A stretch of 59,213 nt of DNA, the filler included, from Dugesia japonica (Eukaryota), in assembly GCA_001938525.1 (NCBI GenBank). It is 5 parts of 5 records of this genome, joined end to end, with 100 filler letters (N's around TTAATTAATTAA, not from the genome) between each part and the next. Parts side by side here need not be neighbours in the genome. Positions count along the whole stretch, not along the records: positions 35,367 to 50,432 come from MQRL01585437.1; 4 more parts are not named here. One strand, given 5' to 3'. Under the pieces are notes generated by a model that saw only the letters and a list, made by a program, of their open reading frames with translations, had not been told where the DNA came from and ran no database searches. Below are positions 35,367 to 48,659 of this stretch, piece after piece. Every line of letters starts with the position of its first letter. The stretch's first letter is position 1. Made by a program: the position numbers and the translations under genes.

Positions 35367-36034
35367 AGTTAATGAAAAATGTAAAAAATGTTTTTAAACG
35401 ACGAAAATTGTAAGCATAGTCATTAATTACTCACCTTACAGGTGTAATGATGTCAATTAGGTTTTGGAAATACTAAAGAAAAGGGTATTATAAAGAAAAG
35501 TATGCATATTGTTCAACATTTATTAAATTACAAATAATGATATCGAATTATAGGTAAAATAAAAAATAAACGGTAATGGTAAATTTTATCTTCATTAACG
35601 ATAAACATAAATATGAAACTTTATTTATACTAGTGTTGTACAATTTTTTTNNNNNNNNNNNNNNNNNNNNNNNNNNNTTTTTGCGAATAAAGCAAATTTT
35701 ATATTCAAATAATTTTTATTACAAAATTAATTTTGGTATTTTATAGTTAATATTTGCACTGAACTTAGAAAATAATATTAATGTGAAGATAAGTCTTTCT
35801 GATCAAATTATTTCTATACGTGACCTTATTATTATTATTACTCGTATTTATTCATTTATCTTCTCTCAATGCTCTTGTTTTTTGATTTGATTTCTCTTAG
35901 GCTAAAATCTCTCCCCAGACATCATTAACATTAGTTGCACCGGACAATATTAACGTTAACATCAATTGCTCCCGGGCAATATTAATGTTTGTCGCTCACT
36001 GGTTTAAATTAAATATTAATTTTATTTATTGTTA

Positions 36035-36098
<64 letters not shown>

Positions 36099-36148
36099 NN
36101 NNNNNNNNNNNNNNNNNNNNNNNNNNNNNNNNNNNNNNNNNNNNNNNN

Positions 36149-36215
<67 letters not shown>
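36035..36215. repeat. (ATT)n microsatellite
   Basis: Direct inspection. Confidence 0.95.
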
Positions 36216-36216
<1 letters not shown>

Positions 36217-36748
36217 TTTCGTGATTGCCGATTTTACGGGTGTTTTAGATAGATTCATTGAGAAATTTTTTTTGACATTCAATATACTTTCAATGAAATT
36301 ATTAATTAACCTCGAGACTAATACAAATTAATGCTGATTCCAAATAAAAAAAACTATACATTATTATGTGTGTTTAATTATATAAATTTAAATATAAATA
36401 ATAATATGATAGTAACTATAATTGTGACTAATTTATTGAATTTCTCACTAATCAAGCAAATCATCACTTAAAATCATCAAGTATATATTGATGATTCGTN
36501 NAATTTAATTGGTTGTGTTACAACAAATTTGTATATAAACAATTTATTTACCGTTTACATAAAATTTCAAAACGATTTTAAGAAATGGTGAAGAAATATC
36601 AGAAAGAGGTAATGTTTTATTATTAGTTATTTATTTATTCGTTTTTTCCAGATCTTGCAAGAAGAATAATAAATGAAATGTATCCAGAATGCGAAAGAAA
36701 ATCCAAACTGTTGGAAGAAGAAGAATATTGGGACTACGTTCTGGGGGA

Positions 36749-37193
36749 ATGAGTCAGCCTGATCTAGAGAANNNNTGATCTAGAGAAATGATGAGTCACC
36801 CTGATCTAGAGAAACAATGAGTCACCCTGATTTAGAAAAACGATGAGTCAGCCTGATCTAGAGAAACGATGAGTCAGCCTGATCTAGAGAAACGATGACT
36901 CACCCTGATCTATAAAAACGATGAGTGAGCCTGATCTAGAGAAACGATGACTCATCCTGATCTAGAGAAACGATGACTCATCATTATGACTCATTCTTAG
37001 GACTTATTTCCTTTGTTTCAGGCATCGATGAGTCATACTTATGACTCATACTGATCTAGGAAAGCGATGACTCATCATTATGACTCATCGTCTTTGTTTC
37101 ATTCATCTATGAGTCATAATTATGGCTCATCGTCTTTGTTATAAATGTTCTTTGTCTAAGGGGGGTAATCCAGTGCGCCGCTATCTACCTACT
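36749..37193 (-). mobile_element. Putative Polinton terminus with 26-bp subterminal tandem repeats
   Basis: Ends in ctatctacctact (reverse complement AGTAGGTAGATAG); units gatgagtcagcctgatctagagaaac. Confidence 0.6.
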
Positions 37194-39529
37194 TAAAATT
37201 ACTTTATAGTTCAATAAATTTTTCATAACATTGATATTAATTTATTTTAATTTAGTTATAGTAGTATAAAATCATTGTTTACTTAAGAAATTCATGTCTA
37301 AGACTGACTAAAATTGATATGTTGGTTATGAAATTGAATTATTTTTGTAAATGGCTTACTGAAAATAGTATGCAGTAATGCAATTAATGTCTTTTATTGA
37401 AGTTTGGTTATATTTGTATGAAATTAGTGCATGCTTATGAAAATAGTACATATGATGTTTCAATTTGATGAGTTNNNNNNNNNNNNNNNNNNNNNNNNNN
37501 NNNNNNNNNNNNNNNNNNNNNNNNNNNNNNNNNNNNNNNNNNNNNNNNNNNNNNNNNNNNNNNNNNNNNNNNNNNNNNNNNNNNNNNNNNNNNNNNNNNN
37601 NNNNNNNAACCACTTTCATTATATAATGTAATTTTGTAATTCAACTTTATTTTTATGACTTTTAAAATCTCTTTACAAATTCATATTTATAATGTTTTAT
37701 ATTTATAATAATTTTCTAATAATAATATTAAGTGTTTGAGTAGAACTCCTCAAAATCAACAAAGGAAAATCAATAAATATCTCAAGAAAAGAAATGAAAA
37801 TAAAGACCCAGGAGTAGAAGGTGCGGAGCAAGAAGTGAGCTAAAGAGATTAATTTGAGAATAAAGTGAAATTAACGATGAAAATCCATGAATAAATGTAA
37901 GGAAAAAAGTAAAAAATAGAATAAAGATACAGAGACAGAGAAGAATTTACTAGGAAGTAGGGCAAACATAAATAAGAACAGACTTTAAATAACAAAAAAG
38001 GAACAGAGTATTAAGAAGTAACAATTGTGCCAAATCATTCAATAAAAATAATTAAAAATGCTAGATTAAATTAATAAATACCAACAAAAGAAATAAATAC
38101 GATGAATTACTTACGAAACAGAAAACTAAAATTATTTGAAGATATAATTAGTCATGGAACTATTTCTCCGGAGTTATTATAAAATGGATGGATAAATAAA
38201 ATGTTGGTATGCTCAGTTTATATTGATAAATCGTAGTTTGCTCAGAATGATATACATAAATACACAGTAATCCTGCTCCGATGAATTCCTACGCTCATGT
38301 GAGTTAATAATTATTAATATAATTACCCAGTTCACTCACTGACTCACTATGGAACGATTCAGTTAAACAAACAATTTAAACTTTGTAATTTTATTAAGCT
38401 TAAAAATTTTAAGTTTGTATATCTTAAGCTTTTAAATCTTAATTTATTTTCCTAAATCTTTCTAGTAATCTTAGCATTCTCTATGACCATTAATAAGGCC
38501 TAAGACAAATAATTTGATAAATTTGACATGTTTTTGCTAAATCCAATTTGGACATTAAATTGACATTTCACTTAATTTACTGCAAAAATCATGAGTGTTT
38601 AGCAACGAATTACTTTAAAAAGGAAAAATGGTTAATGATCACCGCACATTTACGAAAAATTCGATTCATGACTGACTTACTCGGAAAATCTAATATTTAA
38701 GTTGACACATTTAAGATAAACTAGATATTCACTCACTTACTCAATCTGGAATGTTTGCACTCGAGTTAAAAGTCAATAATAATTTGAATAAGTGTTGGAA
38801 TTAGCAAACTAATATAATATAACGGTTAACGGATATTTGAATTAGTTTTGGTAGATTCGATTAACCGTTGCTTTTTGTGTGAATTACTAGGACCGTTACT
38901 AAATTGTGCAAGACAATTTACTCGGAATCTAGTGTATATCGAAATAATTCATTAAATAAATACTAACGCTTCATTGCATTAACATTTAATTTTACTCCTT
39001 TTTTGTAATACAAACCAAAGGAAATTCGCAAAATATTATCATGTTTAGATTGAAAATTAAAAATAAATTCAAAAGTTACGAACGCTACGGGCGCCTGAAA
39101 ATAAACTATGTATTATAGTTTCGTAAACGATTGAATAGAATCAATAAGTTAATCATTAATCTGTAATTATGATCAGTAATATCCTTTTCAAGATTAAATA
39201 AGTTTTTCTTAATTAATAATTATTTGTAATATTTCCTGAATAGACAATCACCCAAACAACCATATCAAAATATTTGAATAAATATTCTAAACAACTCTTG
39301 CAATCAATCAAATCAATAACCGAGTATTTAACCAAAATCAACCTGTATACATCTGATCAACCAAACCAACAACAAGTCATATTTTGACCATTTTTACGTA
39401 CATATTTCATTTTATTTTTATTTTATTTTTTTAAATGAATAATAAAATTTTTTAATTCAAACTCTTTGTTGATTCTCTTTGTCAGTTATTATGCAAAATA
39501 ATTTGAGACACAACATTGGTGTTAAAGGT

Positions 39530-41470
39530 GGGATTTCAGAAAACAATCAAGTCTCAATAAGGCTTCCGAATTATTTTGAAAATCCTTATGTATGGTTCAT
39601 ACAAATTGAAGAAATTTTAAATTATCAAATATCACAAGGCCAAGGATAATATTTTCTGCACTAGTTCCTGCACTGGATATAAAATGCTCCTGATAAATTG
39701 CAAGAATATCTGGACTTCCAATTGTAATATGGCGTATGAAAATTTGATAGAAACCATAGTTCAGAGCAAAACGAAATTAACTTCAAATTACATGCATATA
39801 TTTGAAAACTCAATGCACTAGTGTGATCAATAACCATCAGAGATTCTAAAGTTAATGTCTAGGTACTTTAAACTGATTGATGCACAAACAGATATCAGCA
39901 ACCATGTAGTGCTCCGTGGCGCATTCATTCAATCTTTTTGTAACCCAGTGGCGCAACATCTAATCTTAGAAGACACCAAATTCATAAAAGATCTGAGTCT
40001 GATAGCTGGCAAATTAGTGAATGTTAACACTGGCCTCGGTTTTCAATAAATCTCTCAAATCTCAGGCAACTATACAGAAATCGTAGCACTGATCATTGAT
40101 CGACACAAATCAAATGAAGCAGACATGACAATAGGCTAAGATGACATCTGTTATTTTCACATTTGATTCGAAATAAAGGCAAAGAAATGCCAATATCCTT
40201 GCAAATTTTCTTCAAAAATACATTAGACATCTCAGTGGTACTGGTATCTGCAATTCCAAAATTCTAATTGTTAACATTCATATTCACAGTGTCATTCAAA
40301 ATCTTCAGCAAAAACGTTTTATTTTATTGACACAAGAGCAGTTATCAGTGTTCTTTCGTTAAAACTATTTATTCCAGATATAAAACCTGCAGTCGCAAAT
40401 TTAATTGCAGTAAACAACATCCCGATCTGCTCTTTTATAACACGAAAATTGACATTTTGTATCAAAGGTTTCAATGAAACATTTACAAGGACATTCAGAG
40501 TTGTTGACGTCCGTCAACCAATATTAGGCTTTGATTTCTTAGAGCATTTGGGGATCACTGTATATTGCAACAAAAACCAAATTTGCATTAACCGTAGCAT
40601 TTCAGACATCTAGTTGAAGGCAATCAGTGCAAATTGCGCAAACCACAAACCATTAATGTACATAAAAACAATGAAAAATCTATCAAAATAAACAATGGCG
40701 ATTGATCGATTTCAGCTTGAGATACAATAACTGAAAAAAAGCTGCAGGTTTTTTGTTAAGAATAACAAAAGATGACAATGAATTAAAAACTTTAAATTTC
40801 TCAAGAACATCTGATTGATGGACAAAATACATGATAGCTCGATTCCAAACTTGAAACAAAAAACCTCTCTAATCATAAAACACCATAACAATGTTATGAT
40901 TGATGTCTCTAATGACCTAGAAAGAATAATATTAATAAGTTCCACAGCATTTGACATCCCGGGGCTAACAACTCTTTAAGGATGATAAAACAACATTATT
41001 TATGGCCCAACATAAAATTGGACATCAGAAGATGAACATAAAAACAAATTTTCATGACACAAAATAAACCTTAAGATCAATAATAAACCTGAAGAAATTT
41101 AACATCGTCCACGTTGACAATGTGGTAAGTTGCTAAGCGACATTAATTAAGATTGACAGTCACACATCGTAAACAGAATCAATGCCATCGGGTGAGATCA
41201 CAACTAAAAATGTTGCTGTGGCTTTAGAAAGAGAATTGTTCAGCAGATTTGGTAGTCTTGAAATATTAATTACAGATCACCTTATCACCATTACAAGAAA
41301 TTTATAATAAAAATGGTAACGATCACAAGACTACAACAGCATATCATCCACAATCTAATGGAAAAGTCGAGAATTTCACAGATATTTTAACTTACTAAGA
41401 GCGCACTGGGTCTTTGCCGAGAAAACATAAAACAAAGACATTCCTAAAATAATACTGGGATTACGCCACT
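39530..41470 (+). mobile_element. Decayed Ty3/Gypsy LTR retrotransposon (gag, protease, integrase pieces)
   Basis: RLPNYFENPYVWFIQIEE (gag), FIDTRAVISV and ILGFDFL (protease), FGSLEILITD and TTAYHPQSNGKVE (integrase). Confidence 0.85.
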
Positions 41471-42173
41471 GATTTTACCTATATTAAATACGAATTTATA
41501 GCTGGTGTAATCAGTATTGATATCTTTTAACTTCGAGCCATAAATTAATTTTTAAAAATCTTTTATTGAATAAAATAACGAAAATATTGATTATCTCTAT
41601 TAAAATCAACTAAACTGATAATTAATTAATTAGATAAATTTTTCTGAATATCTAAATTTGATTAGTTTGATAAATGTTAATTTGATATGTACCGATTGAG
41701 TCTGAGAATCAAGAAATAAAAATATTTTCTCATGAAATTACTTTCAAAATAAATTGAAACAAATTCGTAACAATTGGTATTATTGATATTTTATGTTTAC
41801 TGAATTTTATTTTTTTTTATATAACACTTTGTTTTACTGAATCGGTAACTGATTCCCATATAATAAAGTTACATTTTAATTACTGAATTTATTCACCCGT
41901 TAATTGTTTTATAGCTTAAATATTTATTATTATAAAGAAGAAGAATTTAACTCTTTGGCTGAAACAGAAAAGCAGAAACGTTGACTGCAAAATATTTTAA
42001 TTGTAAATTAAACGTCACAATGAATATTGAATTTACTAAGATTTATTTGTAATTACTGAATTTACTGAACAATAGTTCCTGAAGAAGGCTATGCCTAAAT
42101 ATTGAAAATAAAAGAAGATCAGCAACTTTTTTTGTTAAAAATATTCCTAGTTCTAATTAATAATTGAAGAGAT

Positions 42174-43210
42174 CAGTGTCGTAGGCAATGGGGGGTTAGG
42201 GGGTTAAACCCCCCTCCCATTGGCTTACGTAAAAAAGTCATTTTTTTATGCGACTTAGAGATTCCAAAATGAATATTCGAATACTTGATATTCTAATATA
42301 TTCGTATTTTTATTGATTATTTGATATTCGAATATTTGGCAAAAATAAAATTGGTGAAGCCACATGTGATACCTCCTATGATTAATCATTTGATGTTACG
42401 ACACAACATATTTATATCTAAATCTGTATCAAGTGAACATTATGAATAAAATAATGTTCAGCAAAAAAAGCCAAAAATTGAAACAAGTACTATTTTGAAC
42501 TTTGTAAACAGACAGTCTTTAAATGAAATATTGTCAAAGTCGCAGCAGTTGATGGTATGTGCAACAAAAAGTTATAAAATGTCAAAAAGTCCAACAACTA
42601 TTTCAAAATGCATCATCAGGTTTTATAAAGAAAAATGTATTGAACTGCGAAATAAATTTGAAAAATATAAAAAATTAAATCGTAAATTTGCTATTACTGT
42701 GGATGAATGGACAGATTGCACTATCTTACGTTATTTAAACGTAACAGTTCTTGTAGTTTGAATGGAATCAAATAAAGTTGAATGCTATGTACTGGGTTTA
42801 ACAGAAATATTTATGCAAGAAATGAAGAAACTATTAAACCATTTGGCCGTAATGGACTCTTTTTATATACCAATAATCTCTACTTCTAATGAAGCTTTGA
42901 ACTTGGTCGATATCGAAAATTTGGTTGATGATAAAATTTTGTTGATTTAGAAGAAGATTTCAGAGTAGATCTGTATTCGGATAACAATTTGGAATTAGTT
43001 GTAGAAATACTGTGACACTTGTCTGTACTCTCAGTACACTATAATTTTTTTTTCTGATGTTCCTTACGTTGTCCTCATACTGTAAAGAGTCAGCTAATGG
43101 CTTCATTATTTATAACTTGGCGTCTTTGTTGTTCTATGTTAGTAAACAAAAACAAAAATTTTGAAAAAAATTTAAAACCCCCTATTTATACATTCCTGGC
43201 AGCGCTAATG
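42174..43210 (+). mobile_element. hAT deletion derivative
   Basis: Perfect 8-bp TSD GAAGAGAT (42166-42173, 43211-43218), degenerate CAGTG-type TIRs, transposase piece FAITVDEWTD. Confidence 0.88.
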
Positions 43211-43329
43211 GAAGAGATACCTTATAGTAATTATTGATTCAAAACACATCAAACGTTAAGTATGGTTTCCACATTCTAGTTCTTTAAAGTTTGATTTTTA
43301 TCAACATTTAATAATTTAAATATTTAAAA

Positions 43330-44140
43330 ATTTCTTATAGAAACTGAAATCACCAAATTCCATTCTTTTTCTGTCAAAGATATTAAACTAATTTTGTATT
43401 TTTTAACGTTTGAAGATCCATGGGCTTCAATGAAACTTTGATTATAGAAAGTTAATTTTCCAAATTAGCATTATCTTTTATATTGGCTTGCATACATCTT
43501 TCATCAAAAGTCCTTCAGGTAATATATAAATTATATTAAGGTCTTGTCTTATTCATATCATTATTCGTTCAAAACAATTTACAGTGGTGTTGAGATTTAA
43601 AAGTTTTTTGTGCGAATATCGACTAGCAAATTTGGCACATTAAAATGAAAGTAGCACCGAAATACGAGCCAAAATTAAATAAACCTAATAAAATCGATAA
43701 AATTAATTAAGTGTTAAAAAGTCCTTATTCTGAGGGTTTTTAATATTTTAAAAATGATTTGCTAAAATAATCAATAAATCTCGCAAACTTTAAAATTATG
43801 TCTTGGTCTTTTAAAACTATTGATGCGTTCAGTAATAAAGTTAAGATTACTTATGGATTGGTTCTTAATCTTATTTATAAATATGAGTATAATGGGTGTG
43901 TTGCCACATACATTGGAGACACTTCCCGTCTTCTTAGTAAAATAATTCAGGAACGCACTCGGTTAGGTAGTCACAGTAATATTACAGAACCGAAAATTCA
44001 GTGTAAGCAGTTCATATTCATATTTATAATTTCAAATTTTGTGCAGAAACTTTATAGATTATTTGGCGAGATTCGTGTGCGAAGCTTTAATGATTATATC
44101 TTATGATTCAAAATTAATGTTCAAATGTGTCTTTTTAAGT
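43330..44140 (+). mobile_element. Penelope-like element remnant (GIY-YIG endonuclease)
   Basis: LIYKYEYNGCVATYIGDTSRLL motif. Confidence 0.7.
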
Positions 44141-44639
44141 AATTATTGAACTTGCAATATCTTTCTGACATAGTTTGTGCACTAACTTTTTGATTACTTT
44201 ATTTAAATATTTTCCATTAACAGCAGCATGTTCTATCATAGAATTGTAAAGTACTTTTAAAGGAAAAATACTATCAACCATCTAGTTTATTCGCATCATT
44301 TACTTGTTTATTATCCAAATCAAGTATCAATTTATTTTTAGTATATTTTATAACTTCATTTATATTTTCTGTTTAATAGCACAATGTATGAATATCTGAA
44401 TAGATCTTGTACATGCATACTATTTTTGACAAGATTATTCTAATTATAACACAACTATTAATAAAATCATAAACATATTATCCATTATTTCTTAATAATT
44501 ATAATTTGGATCTTTAGGCATTGTAAGAATAAAAAGACACATTGTACCACATACATTTGTAATAGAAGGTTGTACCTGAAATATATTAAACCCTTTGAGG
44601 ATAATCAATAAATTTATTTAACAATAGATAGCTCCAATC

Positions 44640-45610
44640 AACTTCTCTGCTGGTGCAGCCCTGTCTTCATCATCTCACTTCTTCATCTGCAATCGAATGT
44701 ATTCAATTCTATTGATTTCCTGGTTCTCTAGTAGTCACAAATTTCTCAGTTGTTCTTTTCATTTTCAAATTGATGTAGCACTCTTCTGTCCTATGACCAC
44801 CNTTTCCATATCGTTTACACCTCACGTCTTGACATAAACTTCTAATGTGTCAAACCTTTCCACAACCAAAGAACTTTGTTAGTTTCTTATCTAGATAAAC
44901 TCAACTTAAATGTCTATTTTTGTGAACAATTCAATACTTTGCAACTTTTATATCGGAAAATTTTTTTTAGTATGATTGATCTTATGACATAGCCAGAATT
45001 TAATTAGCTTTTCTCTCCTTTGACCTACATGTCTACTTACTGTATGATTTACCGGTTTTTGATGATTTCGACTTGCAAATCTCTCGTAACTTTAAGCGGC
45101 ATCAACTTGATCTTTTTCTTATCTATTTAATATACTAACGTCGTTTGTTCTTCAATTTCTTCTATATTATAATGTTTACACAAAGTCACTTCTTCAACAT
45201 TTTTACTATGTGACAATGTACTAACATCTTTGATATCATTTGTTTCTCTGTAAAATCTTCATTTGTAAACATTCTTTTTACTAAATCCTTTACATTTTTA
45301 ACATAAACTTTAATCTCTTCATTTCCACACTTGTAGTTAATCAAATTTTGAAAATCATTGACACTTTTCTCTTTCCCAAATGCCAACGTAAAGAGCCTGA
45401 AAGCATTCAAACTTTTTTAACGTCTTTGCATATTCTTCCAGCAAATCTTCATCTAACAAATAAGAAACTACTTTTCCTATTTTTACTTTTCGGCAATGAT
45501 TTAGCATTAAAATACAATACAAATCAATTTTTCAATGTCATCTGATCTACAGAACACATTTGACAATAACTTATCAGTGCTTGAATCGGTATTTACCGCT
45601 GCCATCATGT
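44640..45610 (-). mobile_element. Decayed LTR-retrotransposon gag region, related to the element at 49.6 kb
   Basis: MMAAVNTD start with PBS-like TGGCAGCGGT; YKCGNEEI vs YQCGDEEL; CCHC remnants at ~44780-44870. Confidence 0.75.
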
Positions 45611-46993
45611 TAAGTAAATTTTACAAAGATAATTTATTTTCAAAATCAAAATTATTCATTTGAAATATATGTTTTTATTCACAATAAACAAAAATAAATA
45701 ATTAAATAAATATATGACAATAGAACCAGTTATACATTAATAATTATTTCACTCCAGTTCTATTAGTTGNAATTCTTCATAATTATTTATGTAATTGTTT
45801 ATTTCACTATCTAAAATGTTTTGATCACCTCTTTAAATGTCATGGGTTTATAATCTAGATTCATCTGAATATTCTTTACATGAATTATCTGTTATGAATG
45901 TGTTTAAAATGATAGAAGATGGCTCGGGATAATTTATAAACCCTATTACTGTTGATCCCGGTTTTAATATTCTTTAATTAAGCGGATTTAGTAAGAAATT
46001 CTTTACTAGAATTATTTTGTCACTTACACCTATATCTATTTTATGACATAATTTAGCGTTACCTTTATGAAATGAGTTAGAATATTGTTGCAACTGAAAC
46101 ACAATATCATACGATTTTATGAAATTAAACATAGTTTCCGATCATGATCTCATTTTACCATATAATTTGGAATATCACATTACATTTTAATCAAGAAAGT
46201 TATTATCAAGCTCTAGTTTTGTTACGGTTTTATTTATAATTGGTTTTAAGTATCTATAAATTCCTTATCCGGTTTATATGTAATATATCATTTTGGTATT
46301 ATAGGATTCAACATTCAAATTGTTATGAAATGTACATTAAGAATCTATTATCCTAAAAGATAGGTTTGAAGTTCAAGATTCATATTTGATATGTATTAAC
46401 TTGTTAATCATTAAGTTTAAATGTAAAAGTCCTTTTCGTATTACAGAAGTCTAGTATTCTATTTCAAATCTGCTAACATAATTGAAATAGCATCTGAAAT
46501 ATTATAATTAAAAAAAATATAATAATCTTTAACAAAGTAAACTATTAATATATATAATAAAATTTTCATTTAATTGAATCAAGCAAAGGAATATAATTTG
46601 GACTTATATTTTTTCCACTCTTTTAACAGTCTTATCAGTTCTTTTTCAGAGTTTTAATCCACCAAGACAGTTGCCAGTACATTATTTTTACTTTGAAATA
46701 AATTGTAAAAAAAATTTTTACATCATTTTTGATTTTATCAAATATATATGAAATATTTACAGTTATATTTACAAATAATTATATATTACATTTAAAGTTC
46801 ATTCAGTAATGTATTATAACTAATTTCTTATAAATATTAATTCTTGAGTATCTACTTTATATCAAATCTTAAAATTGATAGGTTTAATATTCTGTTTAAA
46901 TACATTATTTTACTATTAGAAATTACAATGTAAGTCATGTTTAATATAAAAGATTTATTTTATTCGACCATTATTTTCAGTTTTCAATACAGT

Positions 46994-47553
46994 ATGTCTC
47001 AAATCCGTCAAAATTTTCACGAGGAATGTGAAGCCAGTATTAATAGGCAAATAAATCTTGAACTATATGCTCATTATACATATCTAAGTATGGCTAATTT
47101 TTTTGAACGAGACGATATTGCTCTTAAAGGATTTGCGAAATTTTTTCATAAATCCTCTTTGGAAGAAAGGGAACACGCACAAAAATTAATGTCTTATCAA
47201 AATCAACGCGGTGGAAGCGTTGTTTTGCAAGATATTGAGAAACCTAGTAAAAACGATTGGGGCAATGGTCTAAATGCTATGGAAGCCGCTTTGGAATTAG
47301 AAAAACAAGTTAATAATGCATTACTTGAGTTGCATAAAGTTGCTTCGAAGCATGTTGATCCTCATCTAACTGATTTTATTGAAGGTATTTTGAAAATGCT
47401 TAATAATGTCGGTATATGACTACTTTAGAAAATTACCTGAAAGAACAAGTTGAATCTATTAAAGAATTGGGAGATTATATTACAAATCTTAAAAGAGTTG
47501 GACCTGGATTGGGTGAATATATATTCGATAAAGAAAGCTTAGACGACGATTAG
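46994..47553 (+). CDS. FTH: Ferritin, heavy-chain/soma type, 171 aa; exons 46994-47384 and 47429-47553
   Basis: [48 protein letters not shown]; 44-nt GT-AG intron restores the C-terminus. Confidence 0.96.
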
Positions 47554-48002
47554 AATGCACATTGTTTATGNNNNNNNNNNNNNNNNNNNNNNNNNNNNNN
47601 NNNTGAGGCTAACTCATCTTTTTTGATATGCTGAATGAATATTTTAAGTAGTTATGAATAGAATTACTCTTGTAATGTAATATACCATTTTTGTTTCGTG
47701 TGACAATCATTTGAATTAACCTGTAAAATATATTGTCTGTCTTGGATTTTTTCCAAACTGTCAAAATTGTTGCGCATGAAATTATTTTATCTTGGCTATG
47801 TTCAATTTTGATACAAAGTTTTAAGCATTTTCTATAATCGTTTTTATGAGCTAAATTTTAAAGATAATTAGCATTTAATTGTGTTATATTGATATATTTT
47901 GTTTAATTTGAATCATTATTGCTTAATAATTTAAAATTATTGATTTTCAATGGCGTTATTTAATTCTAAGGTTTTCAATTAGAATGTTTTGATTTTTATT
48001 AC

Positions 48003-48139
48003 TTAACTTTTGTCCATTGGACGCATTCTATTACATACAAAAGTTAATTTATGTGCGTTTAAAATAAGGAAAGCTCTACGCTGTGTCCAATATGGACACG
48101 CGAATCTTTTATGAAGCTTAAAGGACCGGATAAGGGTTA
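48003..48139. mobile_element. Possible piggyBac-type MITE
   Basis: Right end ...ataagggTTAA; weakly matching left end TTAActtttgtcc. Confidence 0.3.
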
Positions 48140-48659
48140 AAGAAGTACAATCATCTTTTAAAATTTAAATTGAGCAAAATTTTAAATCCTACGTATTACC
48201 CTACTGTTTTTAAATTCACGAAAGGTTAGTTATATTAGTTTCTAATTAATTTTTCTAATCTTTATCAAAAAAACTTAATTTTATGTAAACCTCCATGAAA
48301 TCGAACTATTAAAACTACCGATTTATTGTGCAGTTATTATTATTCTTTTTAAATGAAGCTAACAATTTGGGTGAAAGTCATTAAATTTAGCAATTGCGTA
48401 ATTATTTTTTTCAATTTGAACTGCTGCAACATTGGTTTCTAGATTAAGCTCCTTTTTGATTATATCTATTTTGTAATAATTTCCTTTGTTAACACTCGAA
48501 TTATAATTTTTGCATCTTTAGTAGCTAGCTACGAGCGCACTAGAACAGTCCCCGTCACGCCGACAGTGTTCTAGAAAATTTGGCGATTTTAGTTTTGTAG
48601 GATTTTGTTTAGAAATGTTTTTTCGAATCTTGTCGGTCGAAAAACAGAACTATACGGTA

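Noticed and set aside
36586-36752. Small spliced gene end (RNGEEISER|DLARRIINEMYPEC...)
   Set aside because: Plausible 43-nt intron but too short, with no recognisable homology
46780-46993. Ferritin iron-responsive element, and the longer ORF start at 46937
   Set aside because: No CAGTGN stem-loop visible; 46937 lies upstream of a splice acceptor (ttttcag at 46980), and homology starts at 46994
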